Assembly (NCBI GenBank): GCA_965214095.1
Contig: OZ243938.1
Location: 3,648,001 to 3,712,000, forward strand
Origin: Candidatus Poribacteria bacterium
Lineage (GTDB): Bacteria > Poribacteria > WGA-4E > WGA-3G
DNA length: 64,000 bases
Direction of reading: 5' to 3'
Each line of letters starts with the position of its first letter. Positions within the stretch are counted from its first letter, which is position 1. A model generated the notes under the pieces. The model was not told the origin of the DNA and ran no database searches. It saw only the letters and a list, made by a program, of their open reading frames with translations. A program made the translations under genes and the position numbers. Shown one piece after another: positions 1 through 9,241 of this stretch.

Positions 1-1113
1 AACCAAAAAGTACTCAGACCACACGTGCAGTTGGTCTCGGTTTCCAAGTTTTGGTTCGGGCAGTTCAGGCGGAATATTTTCCATCCGCTGCCTCAAATAT
101 CGCGCATAATCAATTTGATCAAATAGACCGTGATAGCAGACACCATCGCTTGCAGGATTGAGGAGCATCTTATATGCCTTCTCAAAGTATCCTGCTGCCC
201 ATAATGCTTTTCCTGTTTGGATAGGATCGCTATCAAGTGGGTAGCAATTCAGCACAATAAGGTCCGTCTCTTTTCGGGATTGCATCGGTATTTCTGTTCC
301 ATAAGTATCTAACGCGAAATGTGCACCAGCACGATGTGCCTGTACATAATCCCCAACAAACAAACCGCAAATCTCTCTACGTGAATTAAGCACAACATTC
401 GCAATTACATCAAGACCGATAACATTTGCAACTTCCTCAGCAAAATCACGATGGTCTGGCGTATCGCTTTTTCTCTCTATCACTGCATGTCCACGTCCCG
501 GTGAAAAGGTATGGAAATAGAACATCGTTGCAAACCCAGCAATACCGGGAACAACCAACTTCGCGCCACCTCCGAATCCAACCGCACCGTGTGGATAAAT
601 ACCACCCAAGCAGATTTTGAAATCCGCATCTGCGACAACACTGTTGATATAGATCGGCATCCCATTTTGTAGACTGCCATATCCACGCAAGTCACCACTC
701 ATAAAGTCATGACATGTAACCTCATATTCAGCAGCTATATCGGCACCGACTTTTTTCTCAATCTCTTCTTCTAATAGGGGACGGTGAGACCCACCACCCA
801 CTACAAATCGGATTTCAGATTTTGGAACACCAGCAATGGTAAGTTCGCGCAATAGGAAAGGGATTACTTCTGCTGCAGGCGTAGGACGACTCAGGTCATC
901 TACAACAATAGCAGCACTCTTTTTACCCTTCGCGAGTTCTGATATACGTTGTGTGCCGATAGGTTCTGCAAATGCTTGTTCAATCTGTGTATTAGTTAGT
1001 GCGGGGACATCCTTTGGACCCAAAATTTCCACTTCCCATCCAGAAGGGAAATCCAGAGTAAGTTCAATATCACCATACCAAGCATGTGAGTGGACTGTGG
1101 CTGTGTTGTTCAT
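1..1113 (-). CDS. LarA (lactate racemase/DUF2088)-family nickel-pincer enzyme homologue, 3' end truncated by window start
   Basis: Not in ORF track (runs off edge). ATG at 1113 gives MNNTATVHSHAWYGDIELTLDFPSGWEVEILGPKD..., with DDLSRPTP and GGSHRP motifs; collinear with 1506..2774. Confidence 0.85.
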   Translation of the reverse strand, partial: MNNTATVHSHAWYGDIELTLDFPSGWEVEILGPKDVPALTNTQIEQAFAEPIGTQRISELAKGKKSAAIVVDDLSRPTPAAEVIPFLLRELTIAGVPKSEIRFVVGGGSHRPLLEEEIEKKVGADIAAEYEVTCHDFMSGDLRGYGSLQNGMPIYINSVVADADFKICLGGIYPHGAVGFGGGAKLVVPGIAGFATMFYFHTFSPGRGHAVIERKSDTPDHRDFAEEVANVIGLDVIANVVLNSRREICGLFVGDYVQAHRAGAHFALDTYGTEIPMQSRKETDLIVLNCYPLDSDPIQTGKALWAAGYFEKAYKMLLNPASDGVCYHGLFDQIDYARYLRQRMENIPPELPEPKLGNRDQLHVWSEYFLV

Positions 1114-1137
1114 ATCTGTTTTCCTTTGTGGGTTTTT

Positions 1138-1273
1138 TAGTGAAATTTGAAATTAACAATACACTGGACATTTAGAAAAACGCGTTTGTAGTCGCGCAAT
1201 TCATTGCGCCTCGGACATTATATAAATAAGTAATTGGGACAATATGTCTCATTAATTGTCCGTTTTACCATAG
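1138..1273. mobile_element. MITE-like element family T1 (TATAGT..ACTATA ends, internal GTAGTCGCGCAATTCATTGCGC hairpin)
   Basis: Near-identical copies at 6715..6849 (opposite orientation), 28461..28597 and 39512..39648. Confidence 0.7.
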
Positions 1274-1294
1274 TTTTAGGATTTTGTTCAATTC

Positions 1295-1455
1295 TGTCTG
1301 AACCAGGATTTGCAGGATTTACAGATTTACAGGATAAGAATCTGAAACATCAAAGTGCCATCCAGAGAATAAACGTCAAACTCGGAATAGAAACTTGGCA
1401 GAGCCAAACTCATAATCCTGAAAATCTACTAATCCTGAAAATCCTGGTTCAGACA
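1295..1455. repeat. Inverted-repeat doublet of the TGTCTGAACCAGGATTTTCAGGATT family
   Basis: Ends tgtctgaaccaggatt / aatcctggttcagaca. Near-identical copy at 5381..5541; solo halves at ~6599, ~21700, ~21810, ~28367, ~36240, ~56357. Confidence 0.8.
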
Positions 1456-1505
1456 TGCAATTCCTAACATCGTTTGCATGACGTGTGGAAGTAGCAAATA
1501 CAACG

Positions 1506-2774
1506 TTATTGAAGTGAGTTCGGTGTTAATATTTGAGTGCCAGCAACAGGTAAAATTGCAACTTTAGCACGTGCAGGAAGTTTCTCTGTCATGAGCTCAA
1601 TCAGTTGGTCTAAGTCACGGTAAAGGAGAGATGACGGATACTCTTTGTAGAAATCATCTCTATCAAAATGCTCAGACCACACATGAAGTTGGGTCGGTTT
1701 CCCAATTTTGGGTTCAGGAGTTGGGACCGTAGGCAAACGTTCAATTTTCTGTCGCATATAACGTTTGTAATCCAGTCGGTCAAACAACCCGTGGAAACAG
1801 GAGCCGTCAGTTGCAGGATAAAGTGCAATCGTATAGGCGTTTTCAAAGTAGGAAAACGCTGCGAGTGCTTTATCAAGTTGAATCGCATCAGCATCAAGTG
1901 GATAACAGTTAATCACAACAAGATCGCTTTCTGTCCGAGTTTCCTTCGATATTTCCGTTGTGTAGGTTTCCAACGCAAAATGTGCCCCTTTACGATGTGC
2001 TTTAACGAAGTCTCCGAAAAACAATCCGCAGATTTTACGTTGACTATTGAGCACAACATTGGCAATAGCATCAAGTCCAAGTAACCCCGCTGCCATCTCA
2101 ATAGTATCGCGCCGATCAGGTTCCTCACTATCACCTTCAATCACTGCCGGACCGCGTCCTTGTGGAAAGGAATGGAAATAGTACATCGTAGCAAAACCTG
2201 CGGTACCTGGCACAATCAGTTTCGCACCCCCAGTAAAGCCAACTGAACTATGCGGATATATACCACCAATAGTCATTTTGAAGTCCGAATCTGCAACCGT
2301 CCGATTGATATACACAGGTGTGCCATTTTCAAGTTTGCCCAACGCACGTAAATCATTGCTTAAAAAATCATGATTGGTTACTTCATATTCTGCTGCGATG
2401 TCCGTCCCAACTTTCTTTCGCATCTCTTCCTCGAAAATTGGACGGTGTCCACCAACACCCACAACAAATCGTATCTCAGATTTAGGAACGCCAGCAGCGG
2501 AAAGTTCACGTAATATAAAAGGGATAACTTGATATGCTGGAGTCGGACGACTTAGATCATCGACAATGATGACAGCACTCTTTTTATCTTTAGCAAGTTC
2601 TGATATACGTTTTGTGCCAATAGGTTCTGCAAATGCCTGTTCAATTTCTGCATCAGATAGTGCGGGAGCATCCTTCTGGTTCAGCATCTCCACTTCCCAA
2701 TCCGTTGGGAAATGCAGTGTAATCTCTCTATCTCCGTACCAAGCACCTGAGCGGACCGTAGCAGTGTTAGGCAT
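1506..2774 (-). CDS. LarA-family (nickel-pincer nucleotide-dependent racemase/epimerase) homologue
   Basis: 422 aa. Motifs IVDDLSRPTP, GVGGHRP, PHSSVGFTGGAKLIVPG and YYFH match LarA_N catalytic and cofactor-binding positions. Start overlaps the pyrG stop. Confidence 0.85.
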   Translation of the reverse strand: MPNTATVRSGAWYGDREITLHFPTDWEVEMLNQKDAPALSDAEIEQAFAEPIGTKRISELAKDKKSAVIIVDDLSRPTPAYQVIPFILRELSAAGVPKSEIRFVVGVGGHRPIFEEEMRKKVGTDIAAEYEVTNHDFLSNDLRALGKLENGTPVYINRTVADSDFKMTIGGIYPHSSVGFTGGAKLIVPGTAGFATMYYFHSFPQGRGPAVIEGDSEEPDRRDTIEMAAGLLGLDAIANVVLNSQRKICGLFFGDFVKAHRKGAHFALETYTTEISKETRTESDLVVINCYPLDADAIQLDKALAAFSYFENAYTIALYPATDGSCFHGLFDRLDYKRYMRQKIERLPTVPTPEPKIGKPTQLHVWSEHFDRDDFYKEYPSSLLYRDLDQLIELMTEKLPARAKVAILPVAGTQILTPNSLQ

Positions 2775-4399
2775 TAGTCATCTCCCAATTCAGTTCTTTC
2801 CTGTTGATAACACAGGACAGATGCAATAAAGTCGCGGAATAGTGGGTGTGGTGTCAGTGGTTTTGATTGGAACTCCGGATGGAATTGCGAACCGACCATC
2901 CATGGATGATCCGGCACCTCAGCAATTTCCACCAGGCTTTCATCGGGAGATACACCACTAAAACATAAGCCGGCATCTTCCAATCTTGAACGGAAGTCAT
3001 TATTTAACTCATAACGATGCCGATGCCGTTCTAATATAATTGGTTGTTGAAACGCTTCGTAACTTTTCGTGTTTTCCTTGAGAACACACGGATAATGTCC
3101 GAGACGCATCGTTGCCCCTTTGTCTGCAATTGCACGTTGTTCCAACATCAAATCAATTACAGGATACGGTGTTTTCTCATCAACTTCAGTGGTGTTGGCA
3201 TCTTTCATGTTCGCAACGTTCCGAGCATATTCTATGACAAGGCATTGCATACCGAGACATAATCCGAAATATGGTACGCGCTGCTCGCGAGCGTATTTAA
3301 CTGCCGTGATCATACCTTCAATGCCACGATCCCCAAATCCACCGGGCACCAAAATACCGTCTATATTTTCAAACAAGCTGTCAAAATCCGTATTCTCTGT
3401 CAACGATTCAGCCTCTATCCATTCAATATGAACTTCGGCTTCATTAGCAATACCGCCATGTTTGATCGCTTCCTGAACACTAATATATGCATCGCTGCCT
3501 GTAGTATATTTCCCGACAATAGCAATTCTCGTGGAATGCTTAGGGTTCTTTAGTTTATCCACCATGGCAACCCATTCGGCATCCCGTGTCGCGCGTCTCT
3601 CAAGTCCAAGCTTCTTTGATACGAGATGTCCCATACCCTGTTGTTCAAAATTTAGCGGAATTTCGTCTACGCATTTCGTATCTAATCCTTCAATAATAAA
3701 ATCTTCACTGATGCCACAAAGGAGTGCAATTTTTCTACGGATACTATCATCAAGATGTTGACTCGTCCGACATAACAACAGGTCAGGTTGAATTCCAAAT
3801 TCTTGGAGTTTCCGGATGCTATGTTGTGTAGGTTTACTCTTGCTCTCTCCGTTAGGTAACGTGTAAATGAGTGAAACATGGAGGAACAAAGTGTTTTCGC
3901 GACCCACCTCCACGGCTAATTCTCGTATAGCTTCAACAAACGGAGGCATCTCAAAATCACCTATTGTGCCACCTATTTCCGTGATGACCACATCAATATC
4001 ACTGTCTTTACCAATCTGATAGATACGTCGTTTGATTTCATCTGTAATATGTGGAATCAACTGCACCGTTTGACCGAGATAATCGCCGCGTCTTTCTTTT
4101 TCAATCACTTCCTTATAGACAGAACCTGTTGTAAAGTTTGAATGCTTATTTAAGTCAACACCGAGAAAACGTTCATAGTTTCCTAAGTCTAAGTCAGTTT
4201 CAGCACCGTCATGCGTCACAAATACCTCGCCGTGTTGAAATGGGTTCATGACACCCGCATCAACATTTATATATGGGTCTATTTTTACGAGGTTGACATT
4301 AAATCCACGATTTATGAGCAATCTTCCTAACGATGCTGTTGTTATCCCTTTGCCAATACCAGAAATAACGCCGCCTGTTACAAAGATATATTTTGTCAT
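2774..4399 (-). CDS. pyrG: CTP synthase
   Basis: MTKYIFVTGGVISGIGKG, GLCLGMQ and QFHPEF motifs; 541 aa. Confidence 0.99.
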   Translation of the reverse strand: MTKYIFVTGGVISGIGKGITTASLGRLLINRGFNVNLVKIDPYINVDAGVMNPFQHGEVFVTHDGAETDLDLGNYERFLGVDLNKHSNFTTGSVYKEVIEKERRGDYLGQTVQLIPHITDEIKRRIYQIGKDSDIDVVITEIGGTIGDFEMPPFVEAIRELAVEVGRENTLFLHVSLIYTLPNGESKSKPTQHSIRKLQEFGIQPDLLLCRTSQHLDDSIRRKIALLCGISEDFIIEGLDTKCVDEIPLNFEQQGMGHLVSKKLGLERRATRDAEWVAMVDKLKNPKHSTRIAIVGKYTTGSDAYISVQEAIKHGGIANEAEVHIEWIEAESLTENTDFDSLFENIDGILVPGGFGDRGIEGMITAVKYAREQRVPYFGLCLGMQCLVIEYARNVANMKDANTTEVDEKTPYPVIDLMLEQRAIADKGATMRLGHYPCVLKENTKSYEAFQQPIILERHRHRYELNNDFRSRLEDAGLCFSGVSPDESLVEIAEVPDHPWMVGSQFHPEFQSKPLTPHPLFRDFIASVLCYQQERTELGDD

Positions 4400-5151
4400 T
4401 TGCTTACAATGCCTCTCTTTTCAAATATCTGTTTTACCTTTTCCAAGTCTTCAGGAACATCTACGCCAATTAGGGTCGTGTCGGTTTCAACGACGTGGAT
4501 GGGGATGCCGTGTTCCAAAAAACGCAGCTGTTCCAAACCTTCAGTAATCTCATACGGGGTGCGTTTCCAAGATGTGAAGGTAAGAAGCTGCTCCTTTCGG
4601 AACGCATATAATCCGATATGCCTGTAGACCAATGTCCTTTCATCAAAAGTGTGTGCTTTGTTGATCGGAGTACTAGGAATAGGTCCCCGTGAAAAGTACA
4701 ACGCATCCCCCTGATTATTTGTAACAACTTTAACAACGTTCCTATCAAGATAATCCTCAACAGTGTGAATACGTTCTTTCAACGTGCACACTTGGACTGA
4801 TGGTCTATCCACAAAAGGTTGAAGCATAAGATCTATCTGTTTCGGTTCAATCAATGGTTCATCCCCTTGAATGTCAACTACAACATCACAATTTATCTGT
4901 TCAGCGACGACTGCCACTCGGTCAGTCCCAGTTGCACATTCACCTGTCATCTGGACGTTCCCACCAAAACCTCTAACAGCATCATATATCCGTTTATCAT
5001 CTGTTGCAACGATAACTTGATTGAGCATCTTAGCGCAACTGGCACGTTCATATACATGTTGCACCATCGGTTTTCCCAGAATGTCTGCTAACACCTTACC
5101 TTCAAAACGACTTGAGGCATACCGTGCTGGAATAATTCCTATATTTATCAA
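4396..5151 (-). CDS. kdsB: 3-deoxy-manno-octulosonate cytidylyltransferase
   Basis: IIPARYASSRFEGK, IQGDEP, RHIGLYAF and EGLEQLRFL motifs; typical kdsB-pyrG order. Confidence 0.96.
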   Translation of the reverse strand: MINIGIIPARYASSRFEGKVLADILGKPMVQHVYERASCAKMLNQVIVATDDKRIYDAVRGFGGNVQMTGECATGTDRVAVVAEQINCDVVVDIQGDEPLIEPKQIDLMLQPFVDRPSVQVCTLKERIHTVEDYLDRNVVKVVTNNQGDALYFSRGPIPSTPINKAHTFDERTLVYRHIGLYAFRKEQLLTFTSWKRTPYEITEGLEQLRFLEHGIPIHVVETDTTLIGVDVPEDLEKVKQIFEKRGIVSK

Positions 5152-5302
5152 AGGCAGTTTCTCTCTTTACGCTGAATATTTGAATACACAAAAACTCCAA
5201 TCTGAATTATATTTCTGTGGGTTAAAATCCTATAGTTTTTTGAATTGTGTTCAATCTAATTTATCTTAATTTATCATAATAATCAAGAAAAAACAGTAAT
5301 GA

Positions 5303-5672
5303 CTGGGTTATTTAGTTTTAGGGATTTTCGTTCAATATTATACACAAACGTTAAATTCAGTATGGGTTTGGATTCCTATTTGTCTGAACCAGGATTTTCA
5401 GGATTTTTAGATTTCCGGGATAAGAGTCTGAAACATCAAAGTGCCATCCAGATAATAAACGTCAAACTAAGAATAGGAACTTTGAAGAACCAAACTCATA
5501 ATCCTGAAAATCTACTAATCCTGAAAATCCTGGTTCAGACAAGAATCAATAAGTCCAACAAATGTTAAGAATGTCTTGAAGGAGTGCACAAACTGGCAGT
5601 TTGTGCTACAAAAATGCGGCGTTTTCTATTAGAAATGGTATAATTACGAAACCTTAGAACTAAATAACCCTG
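5303..5672. mobile_element. MITE-like element family C (TIR CAGGGTTATTTAG) with nested repeats
   Basis: Ends ctgggttatttag / ctaaataaccctg; flanks aacagtaatga / accagtaatga (11 bp, 1 mismatch). Contains the 5381..5541 doublet and a GTAGCACAAACTGCCAGTTTGTGC hairpin. Confidence 0.65.
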
Positions 5673-5783
5673 ACCAGTAATGAATTAAATTGATGAGAAA
5701 AGAAAAAAGTGGTATACTTTATATTACTTAAATGAATGAGAGGAGACAAATACAATATAAATTAAAAATAAGGAGCCATCAAA

Positions 5784-6581
5784 ATGAAACGCAATATAGT
5801 CGTTCTTGTATGTCTATTATTGACATCTCAAATAGGTAGTTACGCAGCTGATGTGATAGATCCGGATTTAGTCCTTTATTTCGATTTTGAAGAGTTCACG
5901 GCTACACATGTTATTGAAAAATCCGGACATGGATACGATGGTGAAATTGTTCAAAAAGTAACACAATCTAATGATGGTAAATTTGGTAAAGCAGCACAGT
6001 TTACATCGGGTAGTTATCTCGATTTGGATGGACAGAATGTTGATCCTGAGCATATTCCGACTGAAGGGATGAGTGTTGTTGCGTGGATCAACGTTGAATC
6101 AATCGCAGATATGGCAATTTTCAATGCCCGCGCAGGAGATGGTACCTGGGTCGTGCACCCAGAGGCACGTGGGGATGGTAATTATCGGTGGCTCAATAGA
6201 GGACATAATCCAGGGAAAACGCTCTTCGATATTAAGGCAGGTGTAAACAAAGCAGAGGAATGGGTGCATTATGCAGGCACATTCAGTCATGATGAAGGTA
6301 TGGCTTACCTATATATCAATGGCAAGAAGGTAGGTGAGGAGAAAGCCCGATTGCCAGACAAGATCGCAGGTGATTGGGGACAAGGCGCACGAGTCGGTTA
6401 CAACATTGACAATAATCGACCCTTCACCGGTCTAATGGACGAACTCAATGTTTGGAAACGTGGGTTAACAGAAGAAGAAGTCATTTCCATCATGAACGAT
6501 GGTGTAAGTGAACTCTTAGATGTTGAAGCACGCGGAAAATTGGCTACCACATGGGGCAAACTGAAATCTGCAAAGCAGTAG
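5784..6581 (+). CDS. Secreted LamG-like jellyroll (Laminin_G_3) protein with C-terminal WGxLK motif
   Basis: Signal peptide; LVLYFDFEE, WVHYAGTF, LYINGK, FTGLMDELNVW; ends VEARGKLATTWGKLKSAKQ; RBS aaggag. Confidence 0.88.
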   Translation: MKRNIVVLVCLLLTSQIGSYAADVIDPDLVLYFDFEEFTATHVIEKSGHGYDGEIVQKVTQSNDGKFGKAAQFTSGSYLDLDGQNVDPEHIPTEGMSVVAWINVESIADMAIFNARAGDGTWVVHPEARGDGNYRWLNRGHNPGKTLFDIKAGVNKAEEWVHYAGTFSHDEGMAYLYINGKKVGEEKARLPDKIAGDWGQGARVGYNIDNNRPFTGLMDELNVWKRGLTEEEVISIMNDGVSELLDVEARGKLATTWGKLKSAKQ

Positions 6582-6704
6582 TTTTATTGTCAAATGTATG
6601 TCTGAACCAGGATTTTCAGGATTAGTAGATTTCCAGGATAAGAGTCTGAAACATCCGCTTTGATGAAAAAGGGTTCTCTAAATACCACAAACTCGGACTT
6701 TATT

Positions 6705-7029
6705 CAGGGTTATTTATAGTAAAACGGACAATTAATGAAACATATTGTCCCAATTGTCTATTTATAAATGTAAGAGGCGCAATGAATTGCGCGACTACAA
6801 ACGCGTTTTTCTAAATGTAAATGTATTGTTAATTTCAAATTTCACTATAGTTTTAATAATTTTCAATCGATGAACGTTACTAATAGTTTATATCGTAGGT
6901 CGGGTAGAGCGTTAGCGAAACCCGACACGTTCAATGCTTGTCGGGTTTCGCTAACGCTCTACCCGACCTACAGGTGTTATATTGAAATGTGAAAAATATA
7001 GCAGAAAAACCGAAAACTAAATAACCCTG
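6705..7029. mobile_element. MITE-like element family C with 9-bp target duplication, carrying a T1 element and a perfect 32-bp inverted REP doublet
   Basis: TIRs cagggttattta / taaataaccctg; gactttatt at both 6696..6704 and 7030..7038. T1 at 6715..6849. gtaggtcgggtagagcgttagcgaaacccgac and its inverse span 6895..6971. Homologue at 28451..28876. Confidence 0.8.
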
Positions 7030-7090
7030 GACTTTATTTCCGAACTCACGTTACTATACTATATGATATAAACTTCAATTAAGGTGAACA

Positions 7091-8152
7091 ATGCGTATTC
7101 GGAAACCTATAGTTTTTTGTCTTCTGTTCATACTTTTCTCAACTGTAGCAAATGCTAAAATCGTTTTCCTATCAAAACGTGGCAACCATTTTGGGGCAGA
7201 TGGTTTTTTTGTTTTTGATGCTTTCATAGATATATACACGATGGATGATGATGGCAGCAATTTGAGATCAATCACATCAACTCGTGAAGCTGGACATCCA
7301 CGCTGGTCGTCTGATCGAAAACAAATTGTATATCGTGATCACTCCGCAATACACATAATAAATTCAGACGGAACGGATATCCAACACATCACCCACCCAC
7401 AAGAAAAGACAATATTTGATGACAACCCAGTTTTCTCACCTGATGGACAAAAGATTCTATATGTTCGGTCAGAGATAATAGGTAAGAATACGATACATAG
7501 CGGTATCGTGCTGAATATTAAAAATGGTAATCAGGAAAAAATATCCGACCAATTCATCATATCTCCGGATTGGTCACCGAATGGAAAACAAATTGTATAC
7601 CTAATACATGATGTGCCTTTTATCGGTACAGGTGGAAATCTTTATGTCATGGATTCCGATGGAGGTAATAAACGTAGATTGGTCCCAGAAGCCCCACAAG
7701 GTGAATTGGCTATAGAACGGCACAATCCACGATGGTCCCCGAACGGTAAACAGATACTCTATACACAAAGGGAGTTTACTTTGGAGAAAAGAGATGCGAA
7801 GCCTACAACGCGTATTCCAAAGGCATTTCGGTATTTTATATGTAATCTGAATGGTGAAACCGTCAATCAGTTGGATATACCGATCCACTGGGAGCCTGGA
7901 AGCATTGACTGGATAGAGAATGGTAAATCGGTTGTTTTCAGTGCACGACAGGTAAAGTTAAATGAGCAACCACCAAAGGATGCATTTTTGAGCAACATAT
8001 ATAGGTATCATATTGATACCAAGGTAATTACACCCTTGTTGGATCGTCCCGTGCCTGATTACGCTGTGGACTGGGTGCCGGATAGTCCTTATCTTGTATC
8101 GCCTAAGGAGAAACTCACGCTTCAGTGGGGATTACTGAAGCAAACAGATTAA
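7091..8152 (+). CDS. Secreted TolB-like (PD40/WD40-like) beta-propeller protein with C-terminal WGxLK motif
   Basis: Signal peptide; repeated P.WS.DG..I motifs (PRWSSDRKQI, PVFSPDGQKI, PDWSPNGKQI, PRWSPNGKQI); ends VSPKEKLTLQWGLLKQTD. Confidence 0.85.
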   Translation: MRIRKPIVFCLLFILFSTVANAKIVFLSKRGNHFGADGFFVFDAFIDIYTMDDDGSNLRSITSTREAGHPRWSSDRKQIVYRDHSAIHIINSDGTDIQHITHPQEKTIFDDNPVFSPDGQKILYVRSEIIGKNTIHSGIVLNIKNGNQEKISDQFIISPDWSPNGKQIVYLIHDVPFIGTGGNLYVMDSDGGNKRRLVPEAPQGELAIERHNPRWSPNGKQILYTQREFTLEKRDAKPTTRIPKAFRYFICNLNGETVNQLDIPIHWEPGSIDWIENGKSVVFSARQVKLNEQPPKDAFLSNIYRYHIDTKVITPLLDRPVPDYAVDWVPDSPYLVSPKEKLTLQWGLLKQTD

Positions 8153-9009
8153 TCTGTTAAACGCGCGTGTCCCGTCACATGCAACGGTAGGAAGAACGGT
8201 CTTTTTGATAATAGCACCTCTGCACGAAGTCTTTCTGCTAATGTTTCTACACCTACCTCTTCCGGTGTGGCAATCTCATATTTCTCAATGAGTGGCAGCA
8301 GACTCTGAAAGATAGTTGCCATATATCGGTACCCGCTCCATTTTTCTTCCGCCCCAATCGGAGCCTGGAGATGCATCTGCGGTGGCGGCAGTCCCGCATC
8401 TATAAATGTTCGATACAAACCCATACCTTGGTCAAGATGTGCTCCTGAATGTTCAAATACCTCCACAATCCACTGATAAAGTTGATTCATAAGGGGTGTA
8501 TCTGGATGCTGATACGCAGGATAGAGTGTATATTCTGGCTCTTGAAACGCGACGATTCCACCGGGTTTTATATGGGGAATAAGTTTCGTCAACGCTGCTA
8601 CTGGGTCAGCCATATACATCAACACAAAGCGACCAACAAGCACGTCAAATTTCTCATCAAAATCAAAGGTGCGTGCATCACCCGCGATGAATTCCACATT
8701 TGATTGACCCGCATCAGCAGCTCTGTGACGTGCCGTTTCAAGTATTGCAGGATTGACATCAACACCAACTACATGCCCCGATTTACCGACCAGTTCTGCT
8801 ACTGTGAGCGCAACATCTCCAGCACCACTGCCGATATCAAGTACACGCATACCTGTCGTAATGCCAGCACGAATGCAGAGTTGGCGGGTTGAATCACCAT
8901 AAATCTTTGACTGCTCAATGAGGCGAGTTGTTTCGTGAGAGGTGCGTCCCAAAGTATAGTTCGCATCGCTATTTAAGGGACGCATGTTATCTGAGCTATT
9001 ATTTGTCAT
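8149..9009 (-). CDS. Class I SAM-dependent methyltransferase (paralogue of 9242..10078)
   Basis: VLDIGSGAGD motif I and FDVLVGRFVLMY. Start re-placed at ATG 9009 (8985 also possible) because the ORF-track extension runs into repeat DNA. Confidence 0.88.
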   Translation of the reverse strand: MTNNSSDNMRPLNSDANYTLGRTSHETTRLIEQSKIYGDSTRQLCIRAGITTGMRVLDIGSGAGDVALTVAELVGKSGHVVGVDVNPAILETARHRAADAGQSNVEFIAGDARTFDFDEKFDVLVGRFVLMYMADPVAALTKLIPHIKPGGIVAFQEPEYTLYPAYQHPDTPLMNQLYQWIVEVFEHSGAHLDQGMGLYRTFIDAGLPPPQMHLQAPIGAEEKWSGYRYMATIFQSLLPLIEKYEIATPEEVGVETLAERLRAEVLLSKRPFFLPLHVTGHARLTD

Positions 9010-9046
9010 GCCTAAATGTATTAACTTGGAAGGGTTGCATGTCCCT

Positions 9047-9240
9047 TGGTAGGCGAGGTTTCCTAACCTCGCCGATGCCGTGTTCAATCATAGTTAAAAC
9101 CATAATTATTTACACACTACGGTAGGTTCGGTTTCCTAACCGAACCGGTCTTTGTTCAGTCTCATAGATGCGGTTAGGAAACCGCATCTACCGCGGAGTG
9201 TGCACGTATTTTTACATTTCACTATAATTTCAAAATCTAC
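9047..9240. repeat. Nested REP/MITE cluster (T3 element 9091..9226 inside a T2 remnant)
   Basis: REP variants ggtaggcgaggtttcctaacctcgcc, ggtaggttcggtttcctaaccgaacc and gatgcggttaggaaaccgcatctacc; T3 ends tagttaaaac / tttcactata. Confidence 0.7.
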
Positions 9241-9241
9241 T

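Noticed and set aside
426-1150. Short ORFs antisense to or out of frame within long genes (here and throughout the ORF track)
   Set aside because: Shadow ORFs of well-supported genes, with no independent motifs.
1234-1467. Apparent small paralogous protein family (1234..1467 and 5299..5568; 47289..47528 and 63516..63716)
   Set aside because: The similarity comes from non-coding repeat elements with inverted ends, not from a conserved protein.
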